Of a stretch of 64,000 nucleotides of DNA, positions 39,904-55,472 are shown piece by piece. This DNA comes from the human T2T-CHM13v2.0 reference genome, Homo sapiens. The DNA is taken from the NCBI RefSeq assembly GCF_009914755.1, contig NC_060932.1; one strand, given 5' to 3'. Both the position numbers and the translations under genes were made by a program. The notes beneath the pieces are model-generated. The model saw nothing but the letters and a program-made list of their open reading frames with translations. It was not told the DNA's origin and did no database searches. The number at the start of each line of letters is the position of its first letter. The stretch's first letter is position 1.

Positions 39904-40090
39904 AAGAACTTTTTTAAGAGTTATTTTTCACTTTAGAAAATCAGCTAGAGACCACAATGCTGTTTATGGTATTGAAGTCCCCATGAGAATGCACCTGGAT
40001 CAGTGTACATTTGTAATGATCAGATTCGCAGTGATTCCATGTGTAGGTATAAGCTTTTCTCTACTTCACCATGTGTCCTTGTATAGTTAT

Positions 40091-40453
40091 TGATAGGGGT
40101 TGGCTGTGGCCCCCTCCCAAATCTCATCTTGAACTGTAGCTCTCATAATTCCCATTTGTCATGGGAGGGACCCAATGGGAAGTAATTGAATCATGGGAGC
40201 AGGTCTTTCCCCTGCTGTTCTCATGATAGTAAGTCTCATGAGATCTGATGATTTTATAAAGGGGAGTTCCCCTACACAAGTTCTCTCTTGCCTGCCACCA
40301 TGTAAGATGTGACTTTGCTCCTCATTTGCCTTCTGCCATGAATTTGAGGCCTCCCCAGCCATGTAGAACTGTGAGTCAATTAAACCTCTTTCCTTTATAA
40401 ATTACCCAGTCTTGGGTATGTCTTCATTAGCAGCGTGAGAACAGACTATAACA
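40091..40453 (+). mobile_element. THE1B/C solo LTR
   Basis: tgataggggttggctgtggcccc...acagactataaca; perfect TSD gttat. Confidence 0.93.
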
Positions 40454-41819
40454 GTTATCCTGCATCTTAACATATTTCAATATTATTTATTATATACTTA
40501 TATATAATAATATAAAAATATTCATTGTGCATTTATATATCATAATATATATATTATGTAATTTTTCATTCTGTCTTATAATTTATTCTAAAAATTATAT
40601 TTTTAAGTTAATTTATAACTTATTAAGTCAGTGTTTCTTTAGGAAATGTGCCCTCCGTCAAAATTTTATTCTTTTTGGTCTCTTTGCTAGTATGCTACTA
40701 GCTAAAGAAAATTCATTCCCACTAATTCTGGATTCTTATAGTTATTCACAGCCATGCTGTTAAAGAGACAAGTGAATTACTACCTTCTCAGAGTTGAACT
40801 CAAGGGGGAAGTTTGACTATTGGCTGGCAAAATAAAGTAGTGGAAATTTATTTCTTTTGTTCTCAATAAAATAACCTGTGAACCATCCTAAAACTAAAAA
40901 AAGGAAATTATTTATGAAGAGAAGTTGTATCATTTAAATTCGTTTTCTCTCTTTTCCCTTTATTTCAGAAACCTTCCATAATAAAAACTTGGATATAATG
41001 AAATTTTGCATAAATGACATGTGACAACCTAATTTAGTGGAAGCCAGGGAACCTGGTAATACTTTAACTTCAAAGCTCTTCCATTTTATTCCTTCATTAC
41101 TTTTCCTCCTTTCAAAGCATTCTTTAGCCATGCACCAAGTTCGAACAATGACGAATCGAATCCTCAGAGCCAAGAACAATGTTCTAATATTTCCATGCAA
41201 TTAATTGCTACTTCTTGGTGAGCATCCAGTATACTTGATTCTCTCATAGAAGATTCTCCAAGCCTGACACTCGGTTGAAGTCTGAGGACTTCACTGAGGA
41301 CAAAGAGGGATCAAATCTTCCCAACAAACAGTGAACTCACCATGCAAAGTGAATAGAATCCCCTAATCAATAAATCACTAAATATTTATGGAGCCCCGAA
41401 ATCATATTGTGACAAGATTTTTCAAAAAAAAATGTAGAAACTAAGTTATGATACAATCACATGTCAGGAAGGTATATTGGAGTACTACTTGTCCAGGACT
41501 CCACTGACACCCCCTTGTGCTCCCTATGTCATTTTGATGTACCAGGCCATTCACTGTATCTATAACGTGAATTTTTGCCCCTATTTTCAATGTCCCCCAT
41601 CCTATTAGCTTTTCCTTTCCAGTAAACTTCTCCAAACCCTTCCTCAGTGTTTCAAAGGCAACAAAAATTATCACAACAAAAGTAACTAGTATTTCTTGAG
41701 TGTTCACAGTGGGCTGGACAAGCAAAGTGCTTTACCTGCATTGCCTCAGTTAATTCTCTTAATAACCTATGACATCAGCTCTATTATTAACCTCATTATA
41801 CACATGGGAAAATAGACAC

Positions 41820-42174
41820 TACTATGGGCTGAATATGCCCCCTCCAAAATTATGTTGAAACTAAATCCCCATTTTGCAGTATTAAGAGGCAGGGCCTTTT
41901 TGAGTGGCCAGCCTTCATGAGTGGATTAGGGCCTTATGAAGGGGCTGGAGAAAACTAACTTAGGCCCTTTTTGCCTTTCTATCTTCCAACATGTGAGGAC
42001 ATAGCATTTGCACCTTCTACCATGTGAGAACACAGCAAGAAGGCCCTCACCAGACACCAAACGTGCTGGTGCCTTGATCTTTGACTTCTTAGTCTCAGAA
42101 CTGTGAGAAGTAAATGTATATTATTTGTAGTTACCCAGTCTATGGTATTGTGTTATAGCAACATGAAGCCAGAC
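41820..42174 (+). mobile_element. MLT1A-type LTR inserted in an antisense MIR (41690-42250)
   Basis: ctatgggctgaatatgccccctccaaaa...gttatagcaaca; MIR motifs on both sides. Confidence 0.78.
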
Positions 42175-43927
42175 AGAAAAATTTACAGTTTTCATCACTT
42201 GGCAGAGGTCACATAACAGGTCGATTTGATTCTCAAGCCGTCTTTACTATTATGCTTACTTGGCTTTTATCTCTGTAGACTTTAATTGCTGAGTTATCTT
42301 TCCCTGAGTCATTGCTGCTTCAAATCTCAGTCTTTAGGAATCACTTCTGTAATCTGCTGATTAATTATGCATAGATCATAAAAGTTATTTAATCCAGCTG
42401 CTGTCCAGAGTCAATATCACTATCCTACTCAAAAATCTGCAACAATCTACCATGAAAAATCAATTCTAAACTCCTTAGTCTGACATTAAACAGCCTGATA
42501 ATCTGATCCAATCCAGCCTCTCTGCTTCTACCTATCTTGTTTACCTGTTTGTTGATTCTTATTCAATTGCTTCCTTGATGGAGGACTTTCCCACCCACTC
42601 CATCACTACCTCTTGTTTCTGCCTGCACACATCATTTCCCCAAGTCTTTTGATAAGAAAGATCTCCTTTTTACAACTATTTCTCTGCTCTCTCCTCTCCA
42701 ACATATCTTCCTGACATGTGATTGTATCATAACTTAGTTTCTACATTTTTTTGAAAAACCTTGTCACAATATGATTTTGGGGCTCCATAAATATTTTGTG
42801 ATTTATTGATTAGGGGATTCTATTCAGTTTGCATGTGGAGTTCACTGTTTGTTGGGAAGATGTGATCCCTCTTTTCTCTATGCTTCCATCATGACCTGGA
42901 TATACTTCTAGTATGGCCCTTTCTAATTCTTCACATGCATGCCTTCACTGGACTGCAGACTCCAAGACAGGGGCCATGCAGTATTCATCTTTGTGTCTTT
43001 CCAGTTACTCCACAACAATTTATTGAGTGAATAAAGAAAATGCTGAGAAACGAACTCAAGAGGTTTTGTAGATTTAATACCATTGCTCTGGGTATCGCAA
43101 AAGATAATGGCTATTAATGAATTAGTACCCCACTTCCCACCACCTCACCCTGTTGACATAGTATGATAGAATGTGTAACCACTTAATCTACCTTAAGATG
43201 CTATTGGGCAACAACAATGTCTTGACTTTAGGGGCTGGAAAGCAAATAGTATATAATGTCCAATTGCTCTTGTTTGGGGCAGAGAGCACAGATTTAAGAA
43301 ACAAGGATACAATAAAATGAAATTTGGCTGCAGTACAAGGTTAATGTCTCTCCTCACCTCCCAAAGAGTACCAAGGGATCATTCATTGTCACAGCTGTTG
43401 GGGTTTAGAGCTCTCTTCTCATCCAAATGCCAGTACTTTCCACAAAAAGCTCTTCCCCAGGGATGCCCTAATAAGCCAGTGTGTCCTGTATAGGTGAGAC
43501 TTGCCCTGGCTGTCTCTATCCAAGTGGTGACATAAGCTCATCTAAAGCCTTTCATTAATGCAAACAATGACCCAGCCCATGGTGGCACTGATTCTTGAAG
43601 CTGAAGACTTGGAGAAGGAGCCTGATTTTCCATCACACTGATTGTTGTTTTCAGTAAGATGTTTAGCTTTTCAATTTTCTCTCTGCCAAATACAAATTAG
43701 TGTATTTCCAACATCCCAGAGTCTTAGCTGTGCATTGCCAGCTTCCACTGCTTCTCCTTAATTAACAAACAGCTGTAGAAGAGCTTCTCAACTGACATGG
43801 GGGGAAGAGCTCTAAGGAAGATATGGACTATGTCTCATATCTTCAAATCCTCCACAGTCATCTCCTGTTAGATCACCAAGAAGAAATGCCCAGTGGAGAC
43901 ACTTCAGTTCAATGAAAAGTTTATGAC

Positions 43928-43996
43928 TAGTTGGGTTTGGTCTCCATTTTGTATTAATGTAGTTGGGTTCAGTCTCCAATCTGTATGTATGTAGTT
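43928..43996. repeat. 32-bp imperfect tandem duplication
   Basis: tagttgggtttggtctccattttgtattaatg / tagttgggttcagtctccaatctgtatgtatg. Confidence 0.85.
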
Positions 43997-44426
43997 TCCT
44001 ATCCCAGAGAGCAGGACAAGACCATATAAGCTCTATTTATGTTTCCTTTGACTCTTTAGCTGAAAGCCTAGGATGTAGGACAAGTGGCTAACCTGTTTTA
44101 GAACTTTCTTCCTAGGCTAACATTCTGAACTTGGCCTTGTGGATTTTACCTCTTAAACTGCACCAAAAACCATGGAAACAAAGGGCTTACAGCAGTGTTA
44201 GCCTAATCTGAGCCCTCTATACCTTCCTATACTGTGGCCACAGCAGTAAAGCTACGTGGTCTTGCAAAAGACCTTCCAAGAGAAGGTTGGCTACAGACCT
44301 TGCTTATCACACCATGAACCTGAGGAGGAAAGAAAATACTCACAAATAGTTTAGCCCCTTTCATAAATTGTTGGTCCTTAATCCATTTTTGAACCCTACT
44401 CTGTTGGGTGGAATGTGTGTGTATCT

Positions 44427-44430
<4 letters not shown>

Positions 44431-44468
<38 letters not shown>
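44431..44468. repeat. (GT)19 microsatellite
   Basis: Seen directly. Confidence 0.95.
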
Positions 44469-44470
<2 letters not shown>

Positions 44471-44714
44471 AGAAATTCAAAAAAAATGAGGAGATCTTGG
44501 TCTTCCATAGAGGGAAGACTGCATTATCAATAGAGTCTTTCTTAGCAGAGGATGAAGGCTCCTGTAGCTCCTAATCTTCCCATTTGTGCACAAATACGTG
44601 AATTCTGATTAGGTTGAAATCAGGAAGACACTCTTTTGCTGCTTAGTGGCCACATCTAGAGCTAACAACATTATCAGTGGGATGGTGATTCATGGTTTAA
44701 GAACATACCCTCGC

Positions 44715-44861
44715 CATTCCAGCTACTCGGGAAGCTGAGGTAAAAGGATCGCTTGAGCCCAGAGTTTAAGGCTGTAGTGTGCCATGGTAACACATAACTA
44801 GCCACTGTACTCTAGCCTGAGCAACATAGTTAGACCCCATTTCTTAAAAACAAAACAAAAA
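44715..44861 (+). mobile_element. Alu monomer (FAM/FRAM-like), 5'-truncated
   Basis: ccagctactcggg...gtgtgccatgg...tagccactgtactctagcctgagcaacatag, then an A-rich tail. Confidence 0.8.
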
Positions 44862-45559
44862 CATCCTTCTCCTCTTCTCCTCCCCCAGCAATTCTGGATG
44901 GCTCATCTAATAAAGTACATATATTTTACCTAATCTAGTCAAATGTAATGACACAATAAGATTATTATTATTCTCCAATCCCTGCTCTGCAACATATTTG
45001 GCTGAACATTTTTGGCTGCAACATTTTTGGCTGAAGAGAATGAGGTTTCTTCCTCCCTGAACCTGGGAACTAACATGAGGTGTTTTCTTCCACTTGGTGG
45101 AGCTGTGCACATGTGTGCTTGCGGAGAAAAAGAAGAGTCCCAGCAGGCCCTCTACTCCAGCTGTTGGAGATTGAGCTTTCCAGTGCATTATCCTGGCTTT
45201 ATGCAGTGATGCCTTCCCCCTGATGGCAGTAAAATTTTAATTAGAGGGCAATGTGCATTCCTATATAATGGAGTGCACACATGGCAGGAAGTTAACAGGA
45301 CACGTTTGCAGTTCCAGTTTCATTGTCAACCAGCTGTGTGATTCCTGGCAATTTGCTTTATTTTGTTGTGTCACAGTTCTTGACTAGGTAAACTGGAGAG
45401 TCATCTCTGGTCTACTTTCCTCTTCAGTTTGGTGGAAGTTTCACGTAAAATTACATGTGAAAGTCCTTGAGAATTGAAACAATGGGCAAATCTATAGCAG
45501 AATGCTTGTTGAATTCTATCAGCTTTCCCAAGGTGCAGGCTGCCCATGTTTAGTCTTTC

Positions 45560-46110
45560 TCACTTTCCAATCCATTTTCCACACTACAGCCAGCGTGTTT
45601 TTTCTCAATGGAAATCTGATCATATCAACCTCTTTTTTAAAAAAAATCCTAAATATCTTCTCCCTCTCACAGAATAAAAATCACAATTCCTTAAGAAACT
45701 GTCAAAGCCTTCTCAATCTGTGCCTTTCATCTCTGACCATTGGTATCTTTCTTCTGATAGGATAAAAGTTCATTGAATGTTCAAGCCTTCTCTTTTGCTT
45801 TTCAGAGCTTGGCCATGTGGTTTTCTCTGTCTGAAACAAGCTTCCCCCATTCCTTTCTAGGCTAACTCCTACTCATCCTCCAAATTTCAGCACAAAGTCA
45901 CTTACAGTGGGAATGCTTCCATGGCCCTCTATTAGCAGCCTCTGATTTATGCTCCCACAATAGTCGGTTCTGCCTCTGGACCATGTTTTATCCTATTGTT
46001 TTTCCTCCATAAGAGCACAGTCATAATCTGTATAACTCAGTGTTGTAACTCTGGCAGCTAGCACAATCTCAGGTTCATAAAAAGAGCTCAAGAAATATTT
46101 GTTGAATGAC
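45560..46110 (+). mobile_element. L2 3' region
   Basis: ccattttccacactacagcc...ggctaactcctactcatcc...aaatattttgttgaatga. Confidence 0.7.
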
Positions 46111-46121
46111 CAATTAGATGG

Positions 46122-46559
46122 CATATTCATTTCCTAGGGCTCCTATAACTAACGCTAGCGTGGTGCCTTAGAACAACAGAAATTTATCCTGTCGTACTTC
46201 TAGAGGGTGGGGGTCTGAAATCAAGGTGTTGTCAGGGCTGTGCTTCCTCTCAGATTCTACACAGAATCTTCCCTTGCTTCTTTGGTGGCGATCAGTCCTT
46301 TGCATGCTGTGGCTTGCTGCTACATCACTCTAATCTCTGCCTTTGTTGTCATATAGCATTCCTCCTGCATGTCTCTCTTTGCACATGGCATTTTCCTCTT
46401 ATAAGGAAACCAATCACATTGGATTAGAGCCTATCCTAATGGCCTCATCTTAACTTGATTACATCTGCAAAGACTCTATTTCCAAATAACGCTACATTCA
46501 CAGATACTGGAGGTTAGGACTTTAACATATCTTTTGGAGGAGGATACAGGTCAATAACA
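46122..46559 (-). mobile_element. MLT1B/C-type LTR
   Basis: tttcctagggctcctataac...ctatttccaaataacgctacattcacagatactggaggttaggacttt. Confidence 0.8.
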
Positions 46560-49500
46560 GATTGCTAAACCAATTAACTAATTACTAATTAATATAAATT
46601 ATGGGTGGAAAAAGCTTCCCCAGATCACGATAAAAAGCTGTGTCGATCTAATCAACGTGCTTGCTTAAATAAGGCATGTGTATAATATATATGCATGCAT
46701 CTGTGTATATATACATATGTACACATGCATTAATTATGTTGTGCAAAAACCCCAAAGGCTATTTATCCCAAATAGAAAATATTGTGTCGTTTGTCTAAAG
46801 CACTTTAAAGACATCTGCCTTTTTCGTATGTAAATTTCTTGGATGACAAGAAATTACTGCTTTGCTAGCTTTTAAAACACTAAATTATGATAATCCATCA
46901 CCAAATAAACTATAAGCTTCTATCATTTAAGAAATGTAAGAACTCTGAGGTTAGTAGTAGTTTTTAGTTGCCATTGAAAGACGGCAGTTTAACGTCATCG
47001 TTTATTCAGATTTCCAAATTAAGGAGATCTCTGTGGTTAGACATTCCTTTCGTTATCACTCTCCTTTTCTTCAGGCCTGTCATTTGTCCATTGATGTCTT
47101 TTCCTTCCAAATGATTCATGTACACATTAGGTCTTTTCCCTAAGCCTCATATTATGAAAAGCAAAGCTACATGAAAAAAAGCAAATGATTGCTAAATTAT
47201 GTCCTAATTTCTAGCATTCAGCAGTGCTAAAATGAAGCAGAGAATTTCACAAAATTCTCAGATAAAGTATATTTTTACCAACTAACATTGGGTAAAAGGG
47301 ACTGAGATAGAGATTTATTTTTATTATTATTAATAACTTTGAAAATGGTGCATTTGGGAAACTACTTACTAATGTTCATTGGAATTGGTGGTAATACTGA
47401 GGTCAGGATTTAATTCCAGGCATTACCCAAAAAGTCCATGTTTGCCTTGTTTCAAGCCTAGAGTTCTTAAAACAATCCCTGCAAGGAACCAGGCATAAAT
47501 TATCTTTCAGATTGGTGGGCGTAGGAATCTATACTGCGAGCTAACTGTGCTGAAATAGACATTTTAGAGGATGTGAATGTCTATCTCAGACAAAGGAGAT
47601 TACAGGTTATTAACCAAGGCACTTTTCAAATGCCATCCCTTTGGGCTTTCTTACTTAGAGTTTCAGATTCATTTAGCCAAATACCAGCCTTATCCCTTCC
47701 CTAATTTTCCTAAATATTTGTGGCTGAATATACTTTTAGCTTTAGGAGTGCAGAAGACTTTGAGGGAAAGAAGGCAGGGTTGAAAAAGGATGAGTTTCAG
47801 GTCATTACATTGCTTCAAGGCAGTTTGCAGCTTGCATTCATATTTTTAAAGTCTAAATTAGAGCCCTTTAACACCAACTATCTTGGGCACACATGTATGT
47901 AGAAGCATACCACCATATGGCAAAAGGCAGAGTTGCTAAAACTATAAATAACAAAGAGGAAGGTTAATTAGCAAATTAATTAGCTGAATTCTATACAAGG
48001 TACTAACAATACCTTAATTTCCAGATACATTTGTTATCAAAAATGTCTACCTTAATAAAGCTGTGGGGACTTACTAAGTGTATTTGCTGGGCATGGTTCC
48101 CAGTTATGAAATATTAATACCTTGAAAAATAAAACATGCTTATGAAAATGCAGTTATGCTCTCATTTTCAGAGGAATATGTAAGTGAGGAATAATATAGA
48201 AATCCTTAAACAACTGGAAATTCAGACTAAAATGAAGTAGACTGTAGTTTTGTCATTGCATGTTCTGCTCATACTAAAGCACCTATCCTCCCACTTTACC
48301 TTCGTTAAACTGCAGGGCAGAGAGTTATATTTTTCATCTTCATGTTGAGTAGAGAATCCATGAAAATCTAATACCCAGTTATCACTCAAGTGTGACAAAT
48401 AGAAAGGAGCTTCAGAATAGGATCTTCAGTTCTACCAAATGTCTCTGCCTAATTACATCAATATCCATGTTGATGAGTGTACAAACCTGTGGCTAATTAT
48501 ATTTTCACTTCTTCTAAGGGTAGGTACACTAATGTGTGATCCCACAGAAAAGGGCATGAAAGTAAATTAAAGGTGTGTGCCATGTATATTAATGCCTTTG
48601 TGGTTATTATTGCTATTGTCTTACTCCCATGGATATTGGAGGATTGTTGATAAGACACTTAAATGTTGATAAGGCACCTAATGAGTATCCTGTGTGATAG
48701 GAGTAGTACACAATGATAATCATTTCCTTCTTTGTGCATTAGTATTGACATAGCCACTAATCAGGAACTGTAAACTCTAAACTTGTATCTGCAGCCCTCT
48801 TATTAAAAAGATTCCTGGATTTTTTTCCCTAAGCTAGAAACAGACAGACAAACAAAAACAATGATTAAAGGGCACTAAAAGATATATTTAAAGGCAGAGG
48901 TTTTTTTCCTATGTGTATAAGATTCAAATTAAATTCCTCTTTTTGGCTATTTGGACAGTTTTGGCAATTGGGCTGAAGCCACTATGTTTTTGTCATAACA
49001 GGTCAAGGATTGCTTACTCATGTTTGAGAAGCAATAATGATATGGCAAGAGAGAGGTAAGGGACTACAATGGGAGGCTTATTAGGAATTGTGCATGCCTC
49101 TTTCATGTGTGTTGTCTCCAAGCTAACCTTGTGAGGTACGAATTATGACTTCTTCCTGAAGGAGAAAAGCAAGTTTTAGATTAAGTGCCTGACATTCTGA
49201 TGTCATAAAAAGACTGAAATAAGCAACATTTTAGCACAACATTTGAACAGCCCTTTTCTTAAGGATAAGCTCTTTGCTCTACACCATACTAATTTCCAAA
49301 AAGGTGTGAGATTGACATATGAAACTTGTACGTTTATATAAATGTGAATGCAGCAAGCCAGAGAACAGAATGTTCTGTAGCCCAGGCAAGAGGCAGAGGA
49401 AATACCCAGTGACAGATCTACTTGGCCCTCGACTAAAGGGGTGCTGTAACTTTAAAATACTAATAAATATTTAGCTTGGCTTTTTCTTTCCTATTTGCTA

Positions 49501-49859
49501 AGTCCTGTCTTGATTCTCTGGCTAAGGGGTGTAAGAAAGTGGCTGTTTGTGATAAATAGTTGTGTTTGTGTGTGAATGCATGGAAGAACACATCTGAGAT
49601 AATATAGTGTTTACTGCTTTGCCATTAGCACAATGGGCTGTCTTTACAGAATATGATGTTTAAATCTATGCACCAGTGCACTTTCAAATAGAGAATTCGC
49701 TTCCTGTTTTCACTTAAAACTCTCTTTTTATTTTAATTAACGAAAAAGCAGTTTAATCATCCATCTTTGCAGCTAAGGAAGTTTTACAGGCTTATAATAC
49801 TGTCAGATTCTGCGGTATATAAATGAGAAATAGACACTTTTGGGGAAGAAATTGGCCAG

Positions 49860-49943
49860 TCTTCCTTCCTTCCTTCCTTTCTTCCTTTCTTCTTTCCTTC
49901 CCACTCCTCCCCCCTTTCCCCCCACTCTCTCTCTCTTTCTTCC
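49860..49943. repeat. CT-rich (CCTT/CT)n tract
   Basis: Seen directly. Confidence 0.9.
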
Positions 49944-50142
49944 TATGAAGAGACTGTTCTAAAAGCTAGGAAGTTTCATTGATGGTGTGTGATTTCACAA
50001 GCTGGATTTTATTTCAGAACACCTGTCAAATTCAGAGCTGTCTGAAGCTTCCCCAACATCATTACCCCAGGGCTCCCAGTTCTATGCACATGTTTTTATA
50101 ATGGCAGGAAAAAGAATTCATATACGCATTTGTGTGTTAGAA

Positions 50143-50293
50143 TCAGTGGTGTGCTGGTGTAACAATCAGCTCCTAGAGGGTGAGGCAGGGTGGGTAGGGG
50201 ATGTTTAGAAAAAGTGGGTATGGAGAAGTCCCTGAATTCTAGTTTTTGCCAAATTCTGTGATGCAAATACTCCCACCACAGCCAATTTCAAGG
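50143..50293. mobile_element. MER63-like hAT-Blackjack fragment
   Basis: cagtggtgtgctgg terminus; caaatactcccaccacagccaatttcaag. Confidence 0.65.
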
Positions 50294-51449
50294 TTATTTT
50301 TCCCAGTTACATTTAATCAGGGCCATACAAGATGTTACAAGAAAGAAAATGACAGGAACCCATGTGGTTCAACTGATACTCACTCAGGAGCTGAGATAGC
50401 ATTTCATTTATGCAATTCAAATAGCTATTGGTTTGGATACCTTAGTATTGTTTCTTCCAAGAAATATTTTCATTCTTTCCTAAAGGGATAATAATAGACA
50501 TTCATGACCTAATTTAGGAGATAATCATTTTTTATTTTATCACTCATTATTAATGCTTCATACGAAAACTAGATTTATGAAAAGGCCCATGGATTTTACA
50601 TCTATTATATCATCTCCTGTCGGTTTGAGAATGAAATGTTTGTTTTGCTAATATGTTTTTCTGATTAAGAAGTGGAGGCAGCAGGCTATTAAAAGTTTTT
50701 CTCAAGGCAGTAAATTGGTAGACTAGATATCTTCAAATTAAAAAGTAGTGATTTCTTAGGCCTGTTCATAGATTATTCAAAAATGGGTTAAAGCACAGGT
50801 TGAAAATACTTTTATGGGCCACAGGATAATTTAAGTGATTATTTTTCAGCCACTTTTTTTTGGAAAACATATATTAGCTAATGTCTGTAACTTTATTAAC
50901 TTAAAAACAAAAGTCCAGATAAAAGAATTTTACACTCTGCCAAGCAGTGGTGCCCAGCTTATAGGTGGTTGGTTCTGCATCTTACATTTTGTTACTTGTA
51001 AGGTCTATGAAGAAAGGACTCCCTTTTCTGCCCTGCTCACTGTCAAAATTTCAGTCTCTACAGCATGAAGACTCTACATATAGAAGACACTAAAATTTTT
51101 TTTAAATATATGAATGAAGCAGTTAATTTAAGGCAGCAAAGTCAAGCCTATACATTATTTCTGTAATGTTTAATTTTAAGTATAATTGCTTATTAAGTAG
51201 ATAGGATGCTTAGAAACTATATTTACCTGGAAGTGGCTTAAAAATTTCCCTATAGACAAAAAATATAATTTGAAGTAGTTCGTCTTCAAAATAAAGGCCT
51301 CCAGATGGCCAGATACCTTTCATGTACATGCATCAATTAGACTGTACCAGAAGATAATAAAAAGAATCCTATTGTTTTAATTATCTCTTTTATTCTCCAA
51401 GGAACCCCTATTCCTGCCAATTCTTACAGACGTTATTAAGGCATTCAGT

Positions 51450-52940
<1,491 letters not shown>

Positions 52941-52943
52941 TGG

Positions 52944-53409
52944 TGTAGGGAGATCATTCTCTAGGTGCCCTTTGCATTTTTGCTCATCTTACGATCAGAG
53001 TCACTAACTCTCTTGGTTCAGGAGTTGGAAGATACAGTGGCCTGTTCCAGAGCAAAGGCAGGTTCAGTTGCTGTTCAGGATAATGAAGATAATGCCTCCC
53101 ACTGAGGCAAAGATCAACAGAGCTTACTGCCCATTATAAAATATTCAGATTCCTTAAGCGCATGGTTCCTCTCCTATAATACAAACCTCTTGCAGGTACT
53201 TTTGTCACCTGGCCCTTTTCATATCACCCTGTGAGGAGTGGGGCCCAGAGAACCTACACAAATGCAAACACTTCAACCACTGCTATTGTCATAAAGTCCG
53301 TGGTCTCTGACCCAAAGTCTCATGTCCCCTGCTAGCATCCATGAAACAGTGGCAGGTGAACTTTGAAAACAGGATAGGCTAAAATCTCAGATCCTTCACT
53401 ACTCTTCAC
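52944..53409 (+). mobile_element. ERVL LTR40-like solo LTR
   Basis: tgtaggggagatcattctc...agcaaaggcagg...cttactgcccattataaaa...aaaatctcagatccttcac...ca. Confidence 0.72.
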
Positions 53410-54069
53410 AGATAGTAGGCCATTGTGATGGTCTACTTGAGCTCTGTTGTTGTGGTGGCATATCTTTCTGTACCGATATTCAGTTGGTTTGATGCAAGCA
53501 TGGTACAGGTAGATGGGTTTATGCCTTAGATATTTAATAAGAATGCCTTAACACATGATCATATGTCTTCTTTCTTCACTGACAATGGCACCCCACTAAT
53601 GGAGTGTGCAAATCCAGGAAGACCAGTGTTTGAACGTTGTGGGGTAAAGTGCCGATAGGTAAGCCCGCATATTTAGATATTTCTAAGAGGTTCTAAAATG
53701 ATGAATACTTTCCTCAATCATTTGTCACAACCAAAGTCTATATTCTTATGCTTAGATGTCATAATTCATATTAAAGAATTGGGCCTTATATAACACCTTA
53801 ATATTAATAGTACTTGGCTAAGCACAGACGATCAACAACACTTAATTAATGAAACTAGTTCTGAATACATTATATACTTTCAGGGTATATAAGGAGGTAA
53901 TTACATTTTACAGAGTCATATACTCTATATCTGGTTTATTCGATTGTGAATCAATAAACATGGGGGTTTTTTTTAAAACATGATTTCTATGATGAATTTT
54001 TAATTTAATTGTAGGAAGCTCCTTTACCGCTGAGTCACCAGTGTCTTCTTGTATAATATAAAGACATTA

Positions 54070-54392
<323 letters not shown>

Positions 54393-55472
54393 TTAAGTAT
54401 ATATTTTTCTATAAAGCAATTTAATGTAGATGATATTTTCTCTCTGTGTGTGCACAATTGCATGCATATGTCAAGTGTCGTGAGATTCCAAGTATTTGAC
54501 GATCTGCTTCTTCTATAGACAGTTGGGTACATAAAAGGAGAGCCATGTGCAAATCCAGTCTCTGGTTCTAGGTTTATACCTCCTCTTCTCCACCTCCGCT
54601 TTCCTTGATAACCCCTGATGCACACAGCCAGCCATCCTCATCCCTCGAGATGTGGTTGATTTCTCTCTATTTGGGTTTCAGGAAATTGTTTTTCCTCCCT
54701 TCTGAGAGTCTATGCGCTGCTGCAGGCCAGTCAGTATTGATTCAATTCTGGGTGAATCCTCTCTCACTCTTTCCTAAGTGTATATTGTATATGTAGTTCT
54801 TCTGCCAAAAGCAGCTTTGTATTAAGATTGTATTAAGATTTAAGTTTTCTTAAATTTGCAAGTCACCTAAAATATATCCTGTGTCTGCTGGGATCCTTTT
54901 GATGTTGAAGCGTCTTGGAGTAGACAATAGAGGATTTTCATATGGTGGAAGAATGTTAGGTGTCCTTGTTGGAGAAGAGAGGAAGAGTAGAGAACCCCTT
55001 TAAAGCCCTCTTACTGCCTGTTCCTTGCATCTCATCTCTACATATTTAGCAATCACATCTGCTGATTTGGCAAACACTAACAGCAGCTACACAGCGTCAG
55101 TGAGGACAATAGTGAGTGGATTTAAACATCAGGGGCGATGTACCAGTGCAATAAATAGAATATATCATTGTTTCACTGCGGACAGAATGTCTGTGCTCTC
55201 TATGAGGATCTGCATTTAAGCCCAACACCCAAGGAAGGCAAACATCTAAAGCTCAGCATGGGGTCCTTCAAGCAGGGGAATACAAACAAAGCATTTTTCT
55301 CCCAAAACACAAGTTTTAGGATTTCATGTCAAAGACATGCTGCCAATCAGAAGACAGCATTCCCCCTTCTTAGAGCTGGAAATGGTAACCAGGACACATT
55401 GGTATGCACAATTCTGCTGGCTCAGAGCACACGCAAGCTCCTAGGCTGTGACTGGCAGGAGGCTCACAGCGA

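Larger units (their letters stand above)
39171..40500 (+). mobile_element. MER20B-like hAT-Charlie element split by L1PA and THE1
   Basis: tggttctcagtagggg...gggaatttgtggtgggtttttggtagtcacaatg; ggttttaatacactgaattttcc; homology resumes after both inserts. Confidence 0.7.
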
